Notes under the pieces: model-generated | Databases searched by the model: none | The model's input: the letters and a program-made list of their open reading frames with translations, nothing else | Told to the model about the DNA's origin: nothing | Translations under genes and position numbers: made by a program | Source of the DNA: Desulfocapsaceae bacterium | Lineage (GTDB): Bacteria > Desulfobacterota > Desulfobulbia > Desulfobulbales > Desulfocapsaceae | DNA length: 63,130 nt | Assembly (NCBI GenBank): GCA_030065655.1 | Contig: JASJDT010000021.1 | Span: 1-63,130 of the forward strand | Direction of reading: 5' to 3' | Shown here: positions 1-9,217 of the stretch, in pieces | Numbering within the stretch: the first letter of the stretch is position 1 | Layout of the letters: the number at the start of each line of letters is the position of its first letter

Positions 1-683
1 GAAATGCATAAATCACTAGACCTGCAGACTCTCAGACAGAGAAGAATCATACACTTAGCAATGGACTGCCACACAAATATAAATGTGAGTGAAGCAGGAT
101 TACACAAACTTTTCAAACAAAGTGATAAAAACAGAGCAAGGACTACCAGAAGCATCAACACAAATCACATGGAGGTTGCAAACTTAAAGACTGTAACTGG
201 TAGGAAAGCGTATAGCTTTCGAGGACCGAACTTCTGGAACTCAATTGACTCAGACAGCCGTCAAATTACCAACAAAAACCAGTTCAAATCAAACATAACA
301 AAGTTGGTCTGCAGAGATGTAAACCACCCGACGTGAGGTACCGTGTGAGACCCCGCGGTACTACCGCATATGTGTGACATCCGCATATGTGACAACATCT
401 CAGCCCCAACTCAAAGACTAAAGTAAAGAATGACTCAACGTTTGACTGGATTACGGCCATTGGGGCACTGGACCCCCTGAAGGATGCAGATTGGGGACTT
501 GGCGAGCTCAATCTCTAACTCTTACTCTTCTTTCTTAACCTTCTGCTTGGATTTTCTCTTTTATTGCTTCCAAGCAGCAACGGCGTCAGTTTAGACGAGG
601 GGGTAATATTTTTTAGTATTATGTATAACCCCTCATTTTGACTAACCCGTTGTGAAATAAATGCTTTTGAACTTGAACTTGAA
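1..683 (+). mobile_element. 3' end of a eukaryotic (metazoan-type) non-LTR retrotransposon (LINE, CR1/L2-like): ORF2 C-terminus (<1..336), 3'UTR, AATAAA and (TTGAAC)n tail
   Basis: The frame is open from base 1. The peptide L-x-L-QTL-x-QRR...TRS...GRKAYSFRGPNFWNSI...R....KNQFKSNI resembles the post-RT C-terminus of LINE ORF2. AATAAA at 656-661 is followed by ttgaac-ttgaac-ttgaa at 667-683, and a gagggg/cccctc stem (597-602/629-634) lies just upstream. Confidence 0.7.
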
Positions 684-751
684 GGTAAAGTGACCACTGT
701 AGTCAAGTGAAGGTTATCCAGAGGTGGCTGTTAGTGCAGGTTTGACTGTAA

Positions 752-1951
752 TTAACATGTTTTCAGATGGCTGCAATATGTGACTGTACAGATGACTGTA
801 TCGCCAACTTCGTGTGTTGTGCGCCTACAAGATGCGTGCTGAGTAAACCTAACGCTAAAGTCTGCCTCACCTCTGCGGGAGAGGGTCAACAAATCCTGAA
901 CAATCGCAGCAGCCCGTTTACCAGAAGATCGAATAGTCTCCAGGGGAGAACGTAATTTCGAATCACCGGGAAGGTTCATCAGCAGAAGATCCGGATAACT
1001 GACGATCCCGGAGAGTATATTGTTCAGATCATGGGCAACGCCACCAGCCAGAGTACCGATGGCCTCCATTTTCTCAGCGTGGGCGAGTTTATTCTGAATC
1101 TCCTCTCGTTCCCTGATTTCTTTTATCAGTTTCTGGTTAGCTTCCCGTAATTCCATGGTCCGCAGTTCCACCATGTCCTCAAGGTGATGGCGATGGCTTT
1201 CAAGCTCCTGGTCACGTTTGTCAATCTGGCCAAGCATGACATTGAAACCGTCGGCAAGAATACCAATTTCATCATTGTGAAACTTGTCCACTCTGATCCG
1301 GTAGTTCTGGGTTTGCGTTACATCAAGAATGGTTCCCGCGAAATCGGCGATGGGAGCAAGTATAGTCCTGTTCAAGCGCAGACAGAGGAACATGGCTCCG
1401 GCCAACAAGACGATGCTAAACAGTACTATGAGCGCAAGGAAAAGGCGCATCTGCCGGTGCAGCTCCTGAAGACTGGTTCGCAGAAGAATATGGCCGATAA
1501 CTTTGTTGTCTAGCTTTATCTCCTGCAGCGTATCAAAATATTCACCCCGGCCGAACTCTGTATTCTCTGGATTTCTATCAGTGTTCAACATCGGCGGAAG
1601 CAAGCTAGCGGAACCTTTATCAATTTGGGTTGTGCTGTGAAAGGAGGCAAATAGTGTACCATCGCCATTATAGAGCGCGGCCATGATTATGGCATCTTCT
1701 GCTGCAAGTGCGCCGAGCATTTCCCGCGCAGTTCCGGAATCTCTATAGATCAGGGCTGCGGTTGTGTTGTCGGCAATGACCTTGCCCAAGACTCTGGAAC
1801 TGTTCACCAGTATTTTCTGGTAACTTAGCTTTTTTTCAATGGCAACGCTGAGAATCATGACAAAAATTAACAACCCGGCGGTCAGCAGAACGACGAAGGA
1901 AAGCTTCCTACCTATGGGTTGATCGCTAAATTTTTGGTGTAGATTTTTCAT
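752..1951 (-). pseudogene. Membrane sensor histidine kinase (TM-CHASE8-TM-HAMP-HisKA), truncated near 868; HATPase and any receiver domain are missing in this assembly
   Basis: CHASE8-like motif [21 protein letters not shown] ([14 protein letters not shown]) and H-box [11 protein letters not shown]. Homology stops after DLLTLSRRG and the last ~35 aa are read from non-bacterial-looking DNA. The truncation may be an assembly artefact. Confidence 0.8.
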
Positions 1952-1958
1952 CGTTTCC

Positions 1959-2528
1959 TTAGTTGACCACGCGAGCCAGCCTCAGCAGTTTTGAACTCAC
2001 AAAAAGGCCGGCACGACTGGCGGCCTTTCTGTTTATTTCGAGCACAATCCGATTTTCTTCCTGCATCAAATTGATCATACCGCCTGATGCTATAAAATTC
2101 TGACTGTCCGCAACCGTGAGCGTCGGACCATTGTCAAGGAACGTTAGAATATCAGGCCATTGGTCAATCGCACTTGAACTTATGAAGAGAATGTCGCAAC
2201 GGTGGTCCTGTAAATCTGCGAGACTCGTATGCCGCTCAAGACGAATTGGCTTTCCATGCCACTGTTCGCCGGCCACCGTTTGGTCGAGGATCGAACCGAA
2301 GGGATCGTCACCCAGAATAGCTATTTCAAAGGCTCCTTCCTGCTCATACCTCTCCTCCGGCCAGGCCACGAAGTTGACCAGATTATAGAGGAACACGGCC
2401 TTTAAATGATACTCCGGTACCTGTTGCTCTTGAGCGATGGATAAACGCGGCTGAATAAGAAGAATGATGGCTGCAATCAGGCAGAAAACGCTCCGCTGCC
2501 ACCATATATAGGGAAATGTTATGGTCAT
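1959..2528 (-). CDS. yfiR: YfiR family (DUF4154) periplasmic protein
   Basis: Signal peptide, [26 protein letters not shown]...GGMINL and the C-terminal [11 protein letters not shown] signature. Confidence 0.9.
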   Translation of the reverse strand: MTITFPYIWWQRSVFCLIAAIILLIQPRLSIAQEQQVPEYHLKAVFLYNLVNFVAWPEERYEQEGAFEIAILGDDPFGSILDQTVAGEQWHGKPIRLERHTSLADLQDHRCDILFISSSAIDQWPDILTFLDNGPTLTVADSQNFIASGGMINLMQEENRIVLEINRKAASRAGLFVSSKLLRLARVVN

Positions 2529-2541
2529 TTACCTGCGATTC

Positions 2542-4572
2542 TTAAAAGGTATAGGTCGCTTTCAGCCAGAACTGTTCAGGTACTTCCGAGGATTGGATAT
2601 TAGATCCATCGATTTCAGCCTCTTGGTGGCGGGAGTTGAAAAGATTTTCCGCGCCTAAGGCCAATTCGAGTGTGTCGGTCGGGCTCCAAATCAACTGAAT
2701 ATCAAGCCGCAGATAGTCGTCAATATCATCGGTTTCGTATTCATCTACCCAATACACTTCAGTGTTGAGTGAGAGACGATTGCTAAAGTCATAATAACTG
2801 CAAATTTGCACTTGATGACGCGGAAAACTCTTTTCATCTCCCAGTGGTTCCGAGCTATCATTTTCCTGACGCTCAACCTCCAAATTGATCCAGGAGTAGC
2901 CTCCCTGCAATTTGAAATTGGGTCTGACCTGCCAGGATGCCGACATCTCGACACCGTATGAGTGTCCTTCAAGATTATTGACGAACTCCTCCGGAATGAC
3001 CAAATACGTTGACTCGACGAATGGTGTGCCGGACTCGACCCCGCGCAGGTCATCGTAGCTGTTATAGTAGGTGGCAATGTCCAGAGAGAAGGAGTTTGAT
3101 TTTTTCCAACGGTAGCCTAGTTCATAGGCCATGAGCTCCTCGGAATCGAAATCTGGATTGCCATTGAGGCGAATTACGCCGGGTGGTCCAGGGGGCACCT
3201 GAAAACTGGCAAGATTGATGATAATGTCCTGCTCGGAGCGTGAAGGAGTGCGCACTGCTCTGGAGATGGCCCCCCAGATAAGATGATTTTCTGCTGCCCG
3301 TAATCTGGCCCGTATACTTGGTTGTATTTCAAAACCGCTATAAGAATTATGCTCTAGCTTGGTTCCCAAAGTGACCCAGAAGGTGTCCTCCACCAGCATG
3401 ATATCGTCTTGAAAGAAGGCGTTCCAAAGGGTCAGCGATTCTGAGGCAGGGTCAAAACTGGTGAAAAAAGTTCCATCTGTGTCATCATGGCTCCAGCGGA
3501 AACCTGCACCCCAAACAAAATCGTGATATTTATTTAGATCAAGGTGATGTTTAAATTCAATGTCGAGCGTGTCCCGTTCTTCCTCTGCCACAACCAGATC
3601 CCGGGTATACGCGTCGTAGTAAAAGGTCAGGTCGACCTTTGACCTCTCCGAAAGCGTGTGAGCGAAATCAATAAGAAAATGTCCTCCCCTAAAATCCTCA
3701 ACTTCCTCACTCTCCCGAGTGAATGGAGGAGTGAGATAACCGGAAAGCACTGAGGTAAAATCGGCTTCTCCCGAAAAAACTTCGGCTTGCAGGGAGAGAG
3801 TATTCTTGGCGTTGATTTCGCTGTCCATTCGCAGACCTGTGCGATATGACTCCCAACCATCGTGGGCGGAAGTACCATCACTCTCTTTAAAGGTATCTCG
3901 ACGGAATCCCTTGGCGTAAAGGCGATAACTGGTGGTAGGACTAATTTTGCCGCCGTAGCGGGTCGTCACCAGCGGCTGTTCATAGGTGCCAACGGTGGTG
4001 GAGAACAAACCACCCTGGGTGTCCGCACTGTTTTTGGTAATGATGTTGATTACCCCGTTGACCGCATTGGCACCCCAGATCGTGGCTCCGGGTCCACGAA
4101 TCACCTCGATCCGTTCAATATCCTCAATGACAGTATCCAGTGAATTCCAGTAGACCCCGGAATAGAGAGGTGTATACATGGAACGACCGTCGATAAGCAC
4201 AAGCAGCTTGTTTTCAAAATAGTCACTGAATCCCCTGGCACCCACCTCCCAGCGTGAGCTGTCAATATGGCCCACCTGTAGGCCTGGAACGAGACGAAGA
4301 GCATCGGGGATGCTTCTTGCCCCAACTCTTCTAAGGTCCTCTGCGGTCAAAACGGTGATTGCCGCAGCGGCATCAAAAAGGGGTTCCGGTCGTTTAGACA
4401 CTGAGGTGACTTGAGTGTCGAGCAGCTCTTCGATGGATAAGGATTTGAGATAAGTTAATGTGTCCTTCTGATCATCTGCTATGGCGAGCTCTGCCAAACT
4501 GAGAATACAGAGAAGCAATAAGACACACCACCAACCGACAGCTGTCTTAAAACGGAGGAAAACTGTGGTCAT
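2542..4572 (-). CDS. TonB-dependent outer-membrane receptor
   Basis: Signal peptide, LSIEELLDTQVTSVSK, plug motif IERIEVIRGPGATIWGANAVNGVINIITK, GAENLFN and a C-terminal Phe (ATYTF). Confidence 0.92.
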   Translation of the reverse strand: MTTVFLRFKTAVGWWCVLLLLCILSLAELAIADDQKDTLTYLKSLSIEELLDTQVTSVSKRPEPLFDAAAAITVLTAEDLRRVGARSIPDALRLVPGLQVGHIDSSRWEVGARGFSDYFENKLLVLIDGRSMYTPLYSGVYWNSLDTVIEDIERIEVIRGPGATIWGANAVNGVINIITKNSADTQGGLFSTTVGTYEQPLVTTRYGGKISPTTSYRLYAKGFRRDTFKESDGTSAHDGWESYRTGLRMDSEINAKNTLSLQAEVFSGEADFTSVLSGYLTPPFTRESEEVEDFRGGHFLIDFAHTLSERSKVDLTFYYDAYTRDLVVAEEERDTLDIEFKHHLDLNKYHDFVWGAGFRWSHDDTDGTFFTSFDPASESLTLWNAFFQDDIMLVEDTFWVTLGTKLEHNSYSGFEIQPSIRARLRAAENHLIWGAISRAVRTPSRSEQDIIINLASFQVPPGPPGVIRLNGNPDFDSEELMAYELGYRWKKSNSFSLDIATYYNSYDDLRGVESGTPFVESTYLVIPEEFVNNLEGHSYGVEMSASWQVRPNFKLQGGYSWINLEVERQENDSSEPLGDEKSFPRHQVQICSYYDFSNRLSLNTEVYWVDEYETDDIDDYLRLDIQLIWSPTDTLELALGAENLFNSRHQEAEIDGSNIQSSEVPEQFWLKATYTF

Positions 4573-4868
4573 CTACTGGAAACTCCTGGTGAAATGAGAA
4601 AAGCTCTTGTTATTACATTTTTGCAACCGGCTCGGTATTGAATCATTTGACCCTGGGCATGTCAAGCACTTTTTCGTTGTTTCTGCGGCCTTTTTGCACA
4701 CCCCAAACAGTGGTGGAAGGTCGATAAATGCCGGTGTTTAAGACCTTATATATACCACTCGGTGGCATACATAGGTCTTTCGTAATATTCTTTATCGGCT
4801 GGTTTTAAAAAAGGTAAAGAAAAGAAATAAGACTATTTGATTTAAGCTATGAGGGAACTTTGCATCGG

Positions 4869-6506
4869 TTAAGAGGCGAGCACACGGCGAATAGTTTTCG
4901 AAATATCGAAAATACTGAAAGGTTTCTGAATGAAACCGGAACACCCCCGCTGCATGATCTTTTCGGCTTGGCCATCGAGGCTGTAACCGCTGGATAGGAC
5001 CACCTTAGCCTCTGCATCAATATCACGAATTTTAGAAAAGATTGCGGCACCATCCATACCAGGCATGATCATGTCGACAATTACCAGATCAATATCGTTT
5101 TGTTGCTCATCAAATATCTCCAACGCCGTTTCGCCGCTACGAGCAAGAGAAACTTTGTAGCCCAACGTTTCAAGCATGCCTCGACCGACATCAAGGATAA
5201 TCTCTTCGTCATCTACCAGGAGAATGTGCCCTTCACCTTTTTCAAATTTGGTAGCTGCAGGCACTTCCCGAACCGTCTTCTTTCGCGATAATGGCAGGAG
5301 TACCCGAAACGTCGCACCGTCACCTGGTTCACTTTCTACGCTGATAGTACCATTATGATTCTTGACAATCCCATAGGCTGAGGCAAGGCCCAGACCGGTG
5401 CCACGCTGCTTTTCCTTAGTGGTGAAAAAAGGATCAAAAACACGCTGGCGAACATCTTCCGCCATGCCGACTCCGGTATCGGTTACCTCGATGCTGACAT
5501 ACTCACCCGCAACCATGTCCTGAGGAGCACAAAAGGCTTCCGCCAATGAAACTACAGCCGTTTCAATGAAAAGATCCCCTCCGTCAGGCATGGCCTGCCA
5601 GGCATTGACAAAGAGATTTAGCAATACCTGTTCGATTTGGCGGGCATCAACTTCGGCAACCACATTGTCGTCAGCAAGCTTGGTATGAATCTTAATCTGT
5701 TTCCGGGTTCGGCCAAACATCTTGACGCTATTCAAAACCAGCTCATTGATATCCACGGGCTTAACCTGATATTTGCCGCCCCTGGCAAAACCAAGCAGCT
5801 GCTTGGTCAGATCCGAAGCTGAGCGTACATGCTCTTCGATGGCTTGAACATGCTCCAGCAACGGGTCGGAGGGGTTAAGATTAACACCCAATAGTGAAGC
5901 TCTGCCCTGGATTCCCATAAGCAGATTATTGAAGTCATGGGCGATCCCTCCGGCAAGAGTGCCAATAGCCTTGAACTTCTGGGCGTCGAATAGTTTAGCT
6001 TCAAGCTCTTTGGTTTCCTTGGCAGCCCGCCTCCTTTCAGTGACATCCAAACCGAGCACATAGAACCCGTCAACCTCATCAACATTATTGAACATAGGGA
6101 TGAAACTGAGCTCATGGATCTGCGTTCCGCCGTCCGGAAGATGGAAGGTGGTTTCAAAGCGAACATCCTGTCCATTCAAAGCTTGCTCACGGTACTGACG
6201 ATGATTGACATAGTTCGTCACCCCGATGAGCTCTTTGATACTCATCCCGATAATCTCATCCCGTGGTTTGCCAAAAAGGCGTTCGTACTCGCGATTTACC
6301 AGAATATATCGTTCGTCATTGCTGACATAGGCAATCCGGGCGGGCAGGTTATCGACGAGCAACTGTAAATGAAGCTCTTTATCCTTTGCAGCTTCAAGCT
6401 GCTCTCTCAGTTGAGGATAGTAGCTTTTACGAGTCGACTCGAGGCTAAGTCCTAAAAATTTCTCCCGAGCCGATCTATATTGCTTTTTGTTATCGGATTC
6501 GCTCAT
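4869..6506 (-). CDS. Cytoplasmic PAS-HisKA-HATPase-REC hybrid sensor kinase (ErcS-like)
   Basis: N-terminal LGLS..STRKSYYPQL motif, PAS domain, H-box GIAHDFNN, N/G boxes (LNLFVNA, DTGVGM, GTGLGL) and receiver (LVDDE, VDMIMP). No TM helix. Confidence 0.9.
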   Translation of the reverse strand: MSESDNKKQYRSAREKFLGLSLESTRKSYYPQLREQLEAAKDKELHLQLLVDNLPARIAYVSNDERYILVNREYERLFGKPRDEIIGMSIKELIGVTNYVNHRQYREQALNGQDVRFETTFHLPDGGTQIHELSFIPMFNNVDEVDGFYVLGLDVTERRRAAKETKELEAKLFDAQKFKAIGTLAGGIAHDFNNLLMGIQGRASLLGVNLNPSDPLLEHVQAIEEHVRSASDLTKQLLGFARGGKYQVKPVDINELVLNSVKMFGRTRKQIKIHTKLADDNVVAEVDARQIEQVLLNLFVNAWQAMPDGGDLFIETAVVSLAEAFCAPQDMVAGEYVSIEVTDTGVGMAEDVRQRVFDPFFTTKEKQRGTGLGLASAYGIVKNHNGTISVESEPGDGATFRVLLPLSRKKTVREVPAATKFEKGEGHILLVDDEEIILDVGRGMLETLGYKVSLARSGETALEIFDEQQNDIDLVIVDMIMPGMDGAAIFSKIRDIDAEAKVVLSSGYSLDGQAEKIMQRGCSGFIQKPFSIFDISKTIRRVLAS

Positions 6507-6530
6507 GTTTTTCCTGCTGCCATTTCTGCG

Positions 6531-7700
6531 CTAATCGTAGATCTGACGGTAAATGCCTTCGATGTCTGCCGGAGTTGCTTCTTGCGGGTTGGTCGCCAGA
6601 CAGGGGTCATTATAGGCATGACTTGCAAGCCCAGGCAAATCCTCAAGAGTAACTCCCATTTCGCTGAGTCGCTGAGAAATCTCGAGTTTATTACGCAATT
6701 CAGTAACCTTTTCCGCCAAAGCTTCGGCTCGTTCCTTTTCCGGTAGTTCAACCAGTGAAAGCCCCTGCGTCTCGGCCAGAATGTTATATTTTTTCGCTGC
6801 AGCCGAAAAATTATACTGTATGACTTTTTCCAGGAGCAGAGCATTGCACTCTCCGTGGGGAAGGTTTTTCAAGCCACCGAGACTATGCGCCATGGCATGG
6901 ACCAGACCAAGGCTGGCATTTGAGAAGGCAAGACCTGCCATGAGACTGGCCATCATCATGTTATCACGGGCCTCCAGATCGTCTGTCCGAACATAGGCGC
7001 GTTCCAGATTTTCAAAAACCAAACACACCGCGGTTTTGGCAGCCATATCGGTCAGCGGCGAAGATGCTGTGGATACATAGGCCTCAAAGGAATGACAGAG
7101 GGCATCCATTCCGGTTGCTGCAGTAAGATCGGCAGGCATGGTTACCGTGGTCAGGGGATCAACGAGGGCGATGTCGGGGATTGCCATTTTGGAGACGATG
7201 GCGATCTTAACTTCGCGTGCGGTATCGGTGATGATGGCAAACTGGGAAACGTCAGCCGACGAACCGGCGGTTGTGGGAATGAAGATAAAGGGGGGTGCCG
7301 GATTGGCTATTTCATCCACTCCTTCAAAATCAAGAACAGAACCCCCATTAGTGGCCACAGCACCTATGCCCTTGGCACAGTCCATTGGACTACCCCCACC
7401 AACAGCAACGATCAGATCACACTGCTCCCGGCGATAGAGCTCCACTCCGGCAGCAACTTCAGTGTCTTTAGGGTTGGGTGTAACATCAAGGAATGTGGTA
7501 AATGGCAACCCGGCATCTTTTATACTTTCCTCCACCTTTGCCGTCCACCCGTGCTTTGCGACACCGTGATCACTGACCAGCAGTACCTTGGTCGCCCCGA
7601 GATTTGTAGCATGCCGTCCGGCAAGGTGCAACGCGCCTTGACCGTAAACAATTTCCGGTGCCAAAAATTTCCGTAGATTTAATAGCAGCTGCGCATCCAT
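6531..7700 (-). CDS. ercA: Iron-containing alcohol dehydrogenase-like regulatory protein (ErcA-like)
   Basis: LRKFLAPEIVYG start, GGGSPMDCAK, PTTAGSSADVS and metal ligands DALCH, GLVHAMAH, PHG. It ends 24 nt upstream of the kinase, as in Pseudomonas ercA-ercS. Confidence 0.8.
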   Translation of the reverse strand: MDAQLLLNLRKFLAPEIVYGQGALHLAGRHATNLGATKVLLVSDHGVAKHGWTAKVEESIKDAGLPFTTFLDVTPNPKDTEVAAGVELYRREQCDLIVAVGGGSPMDCAKGIGAVATNGGSVLDFEGVDEIANPAPPFIFIPTTAGSSADVSQFAIITDTAREVKIAIVSKMAIPDIALVDPLTTVTMPADLTAATGMDALCHSFEAYVSTASSPLTDMAAKTAVCLVFENLERAYVRTDDLEARDNMMMASLMAGLAFSNASLGLVHAMAHSLGGLKNLPHGECNALLLEKVIQYNFSAAAKKYNILAETQGLSLVELPEKERAEALAEKVTELRNKLEISQRLSEMGVTLEDLPGLASHAYNDPCLATNPQEATPADIEGIYRQIYD

Positions 7701-8019
7701 GAATTACCTTTGACAAGGCTATCCTTAATGAGCAGCCTTGAAGCGCGGAAGATTGTAAATGAAGCAGGTATAATATATGGAGATTTAAACGATCATATAG
7801 TTGCTTGCCCAATAAGCCCTAACATCATAAATGATACCTATTTCCAGGATCAGATTCAAGCAAGCCCACTCGATTTAACCGGTTTTTTTTAAAAACTTCT
7901 CCATGGGAGACTCTCGTAGTTCTTAAAAGCTCTTTTAATGGCGATTAAAACCAGTCAGGCATATGCGCTGATAAACGTAAAAGATTTTGGCAAATCTTTG
8001 CTTGAAGATGGTTTGAGAA

Positions 8020-9192
8020 TCACTTCACTCCCAGGCTGCGCAGCAATTTGGTTTTTAAACCCTGAATCAAAAATGGCCTGAATCGCCCCTTTTCTTTAAG
8101 GATTTTCACAAAAAGATCCTTTTTCTTCTCGGGGGTAGCTGGCCGTGGATGAGGTTTCAAACTGAGCGAATCGGTCTTGCATTTTGAGATGCAGGCTCCG
8201 CAGCCAAGGCAGATTTCATGGTCAATAAGAAGCTTCGGTGTCTCCTTGTTTTGTCGCGGGGTCAGATCGAGCGCCTTAACATTGCAGGCTTTCATGCACA
8301 TTCCACAGCCCAGACAAGTCTCTCCATTTACCGCAAGCGTATAGGCAGCCTTGGCAATACCGTTGGTGTACCCCTGGAGGACACCACCGAGCAGCTCGCA
8401 ACAGCAGGAGCAGCAATTACAGATGAAGGAGGGCTTATGTCGGATGTTGTCAGTGATATGGGTAAGATTGTATTCCCGCGCAGTGGCAATAATCTGCAGC
8501 AATTCTTCTTTGCTGCGCTGCGTGGCAAAACCTCTCCGGGTCATGAATTTCGCAGCCGTACCCAGAGAAATACAGATGTTCTGCACCGGTGCCTCACGTT
8601 CACAGGACTTGCCGAGGTGCTCTTTTTTGTGTCGGCAGTAGCACTGACCGATGGCACCGAAACTGGACTGTTTAATAATCTCCCGTGCACTTTCGTAGGT
8701 CGTCACTACGGAACTCACCGGAATGTACTCTTCATAGGGCAGTGCTCTGGTCAATTGGGTGGTGGATCCGAAAAACTCCCTGGCCTGGCCTTGCTCCGGG
8801 TCATCATAGAGATATTCGGTCATCAGACGGGCCAACTCCTCCACGGGCAGATCGGCACGCTGTTTCATGAAGGTGAACTCAAAAAAACCGATCAATCCCG
8901 GCATGAGGAGGTAATAGGTCGTGCCGCCGTAGGTAAGATCCATTATAAGTCCTTTGTCAGCCATACTCTCAAGTATAGGCCAAAGCTCCTCTTCAGCCAT
9001 CCTGGTGGCTCTTCTCAACTCACCGATGGTTGATTCCTGCAGCGGAAAACATGAAGCAACATAGGCCTCTTCCTCAGAGAAAAGGTGGGCCAGAATCTGG
9101 CGGAGCTTGTCATTGTCAAACAGACCAATGGGGTAACGGTTCAGCCTGTCGATAAGCGGTACGAGATTTTCCTTGGCACCATGATGTCCCAT
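8020..9192 (-). CDS. Fe-S cluster protein (Cys-rich CxCR and CNCCxCCC motifs plus a 2x[4Fe-4S] ferredoxin domain)
   Basis: CYCRH, FICNCCSCCCE, CLGCGMCMKAC and CLGCGACISKC. Confidence 0.85.
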   Translation of the reverse strand: MGHHGAKENLVPLIDRLNRYPIGLFDNDKLRQILAHLFSEEEAYVASCFPLQESTIGELRRATRMAEEELWPILESMADKGLIMDLTYGGTTYYLLMPGLIGFFEFTFMKQRADLPVEELARLMTEYLYDDPEQGQAREFFGSTTQLTRALPYEEYIPVSSVVTTYESAREIIKQSSFGAIGQCYCRHKKEHLGKSCEREAPVQNICISLGTAAKFMTRRGFATQRSKEELLQIIATAREYNLTHITDNIRHKPSFICNCCSCCCELLGGVLQGYTNGIAKAAYTLAVNGETCLGCGMCMKACNVKALDLTPRQNKETPKLLIDHEICLGCGACISKCKTDSLSLKPHPRPATPEKKKDLFVKILKEKGRFRPFLIQGLKTKLLRSLGVK

Positions 9193-9217
9193 ATCTTCTC
9201 CTTTTCTTTCCCCGCCA

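Noticed and set aside
284-706. Minus-strand ORFs 284..511 and 515..706
   Set aside because: They are antisense to the LINE-like 3'UTR and have no recognisable motifs. The poly-Ser is just the TTGAAC tail read backwards.
4573-4868. Possible cobalamin riboswitch or Fur box before the TonB-dependent receptor
   Set aside because: No B12-box or clear Fur palindrome was seen.
8218-9033. 271-aa plus-strand ORF
   Set aside because: It is an antisense shadow of the Fe-S gene, as are other long shadows such as 23814..24671, 39542..40390 and 44044..44799.
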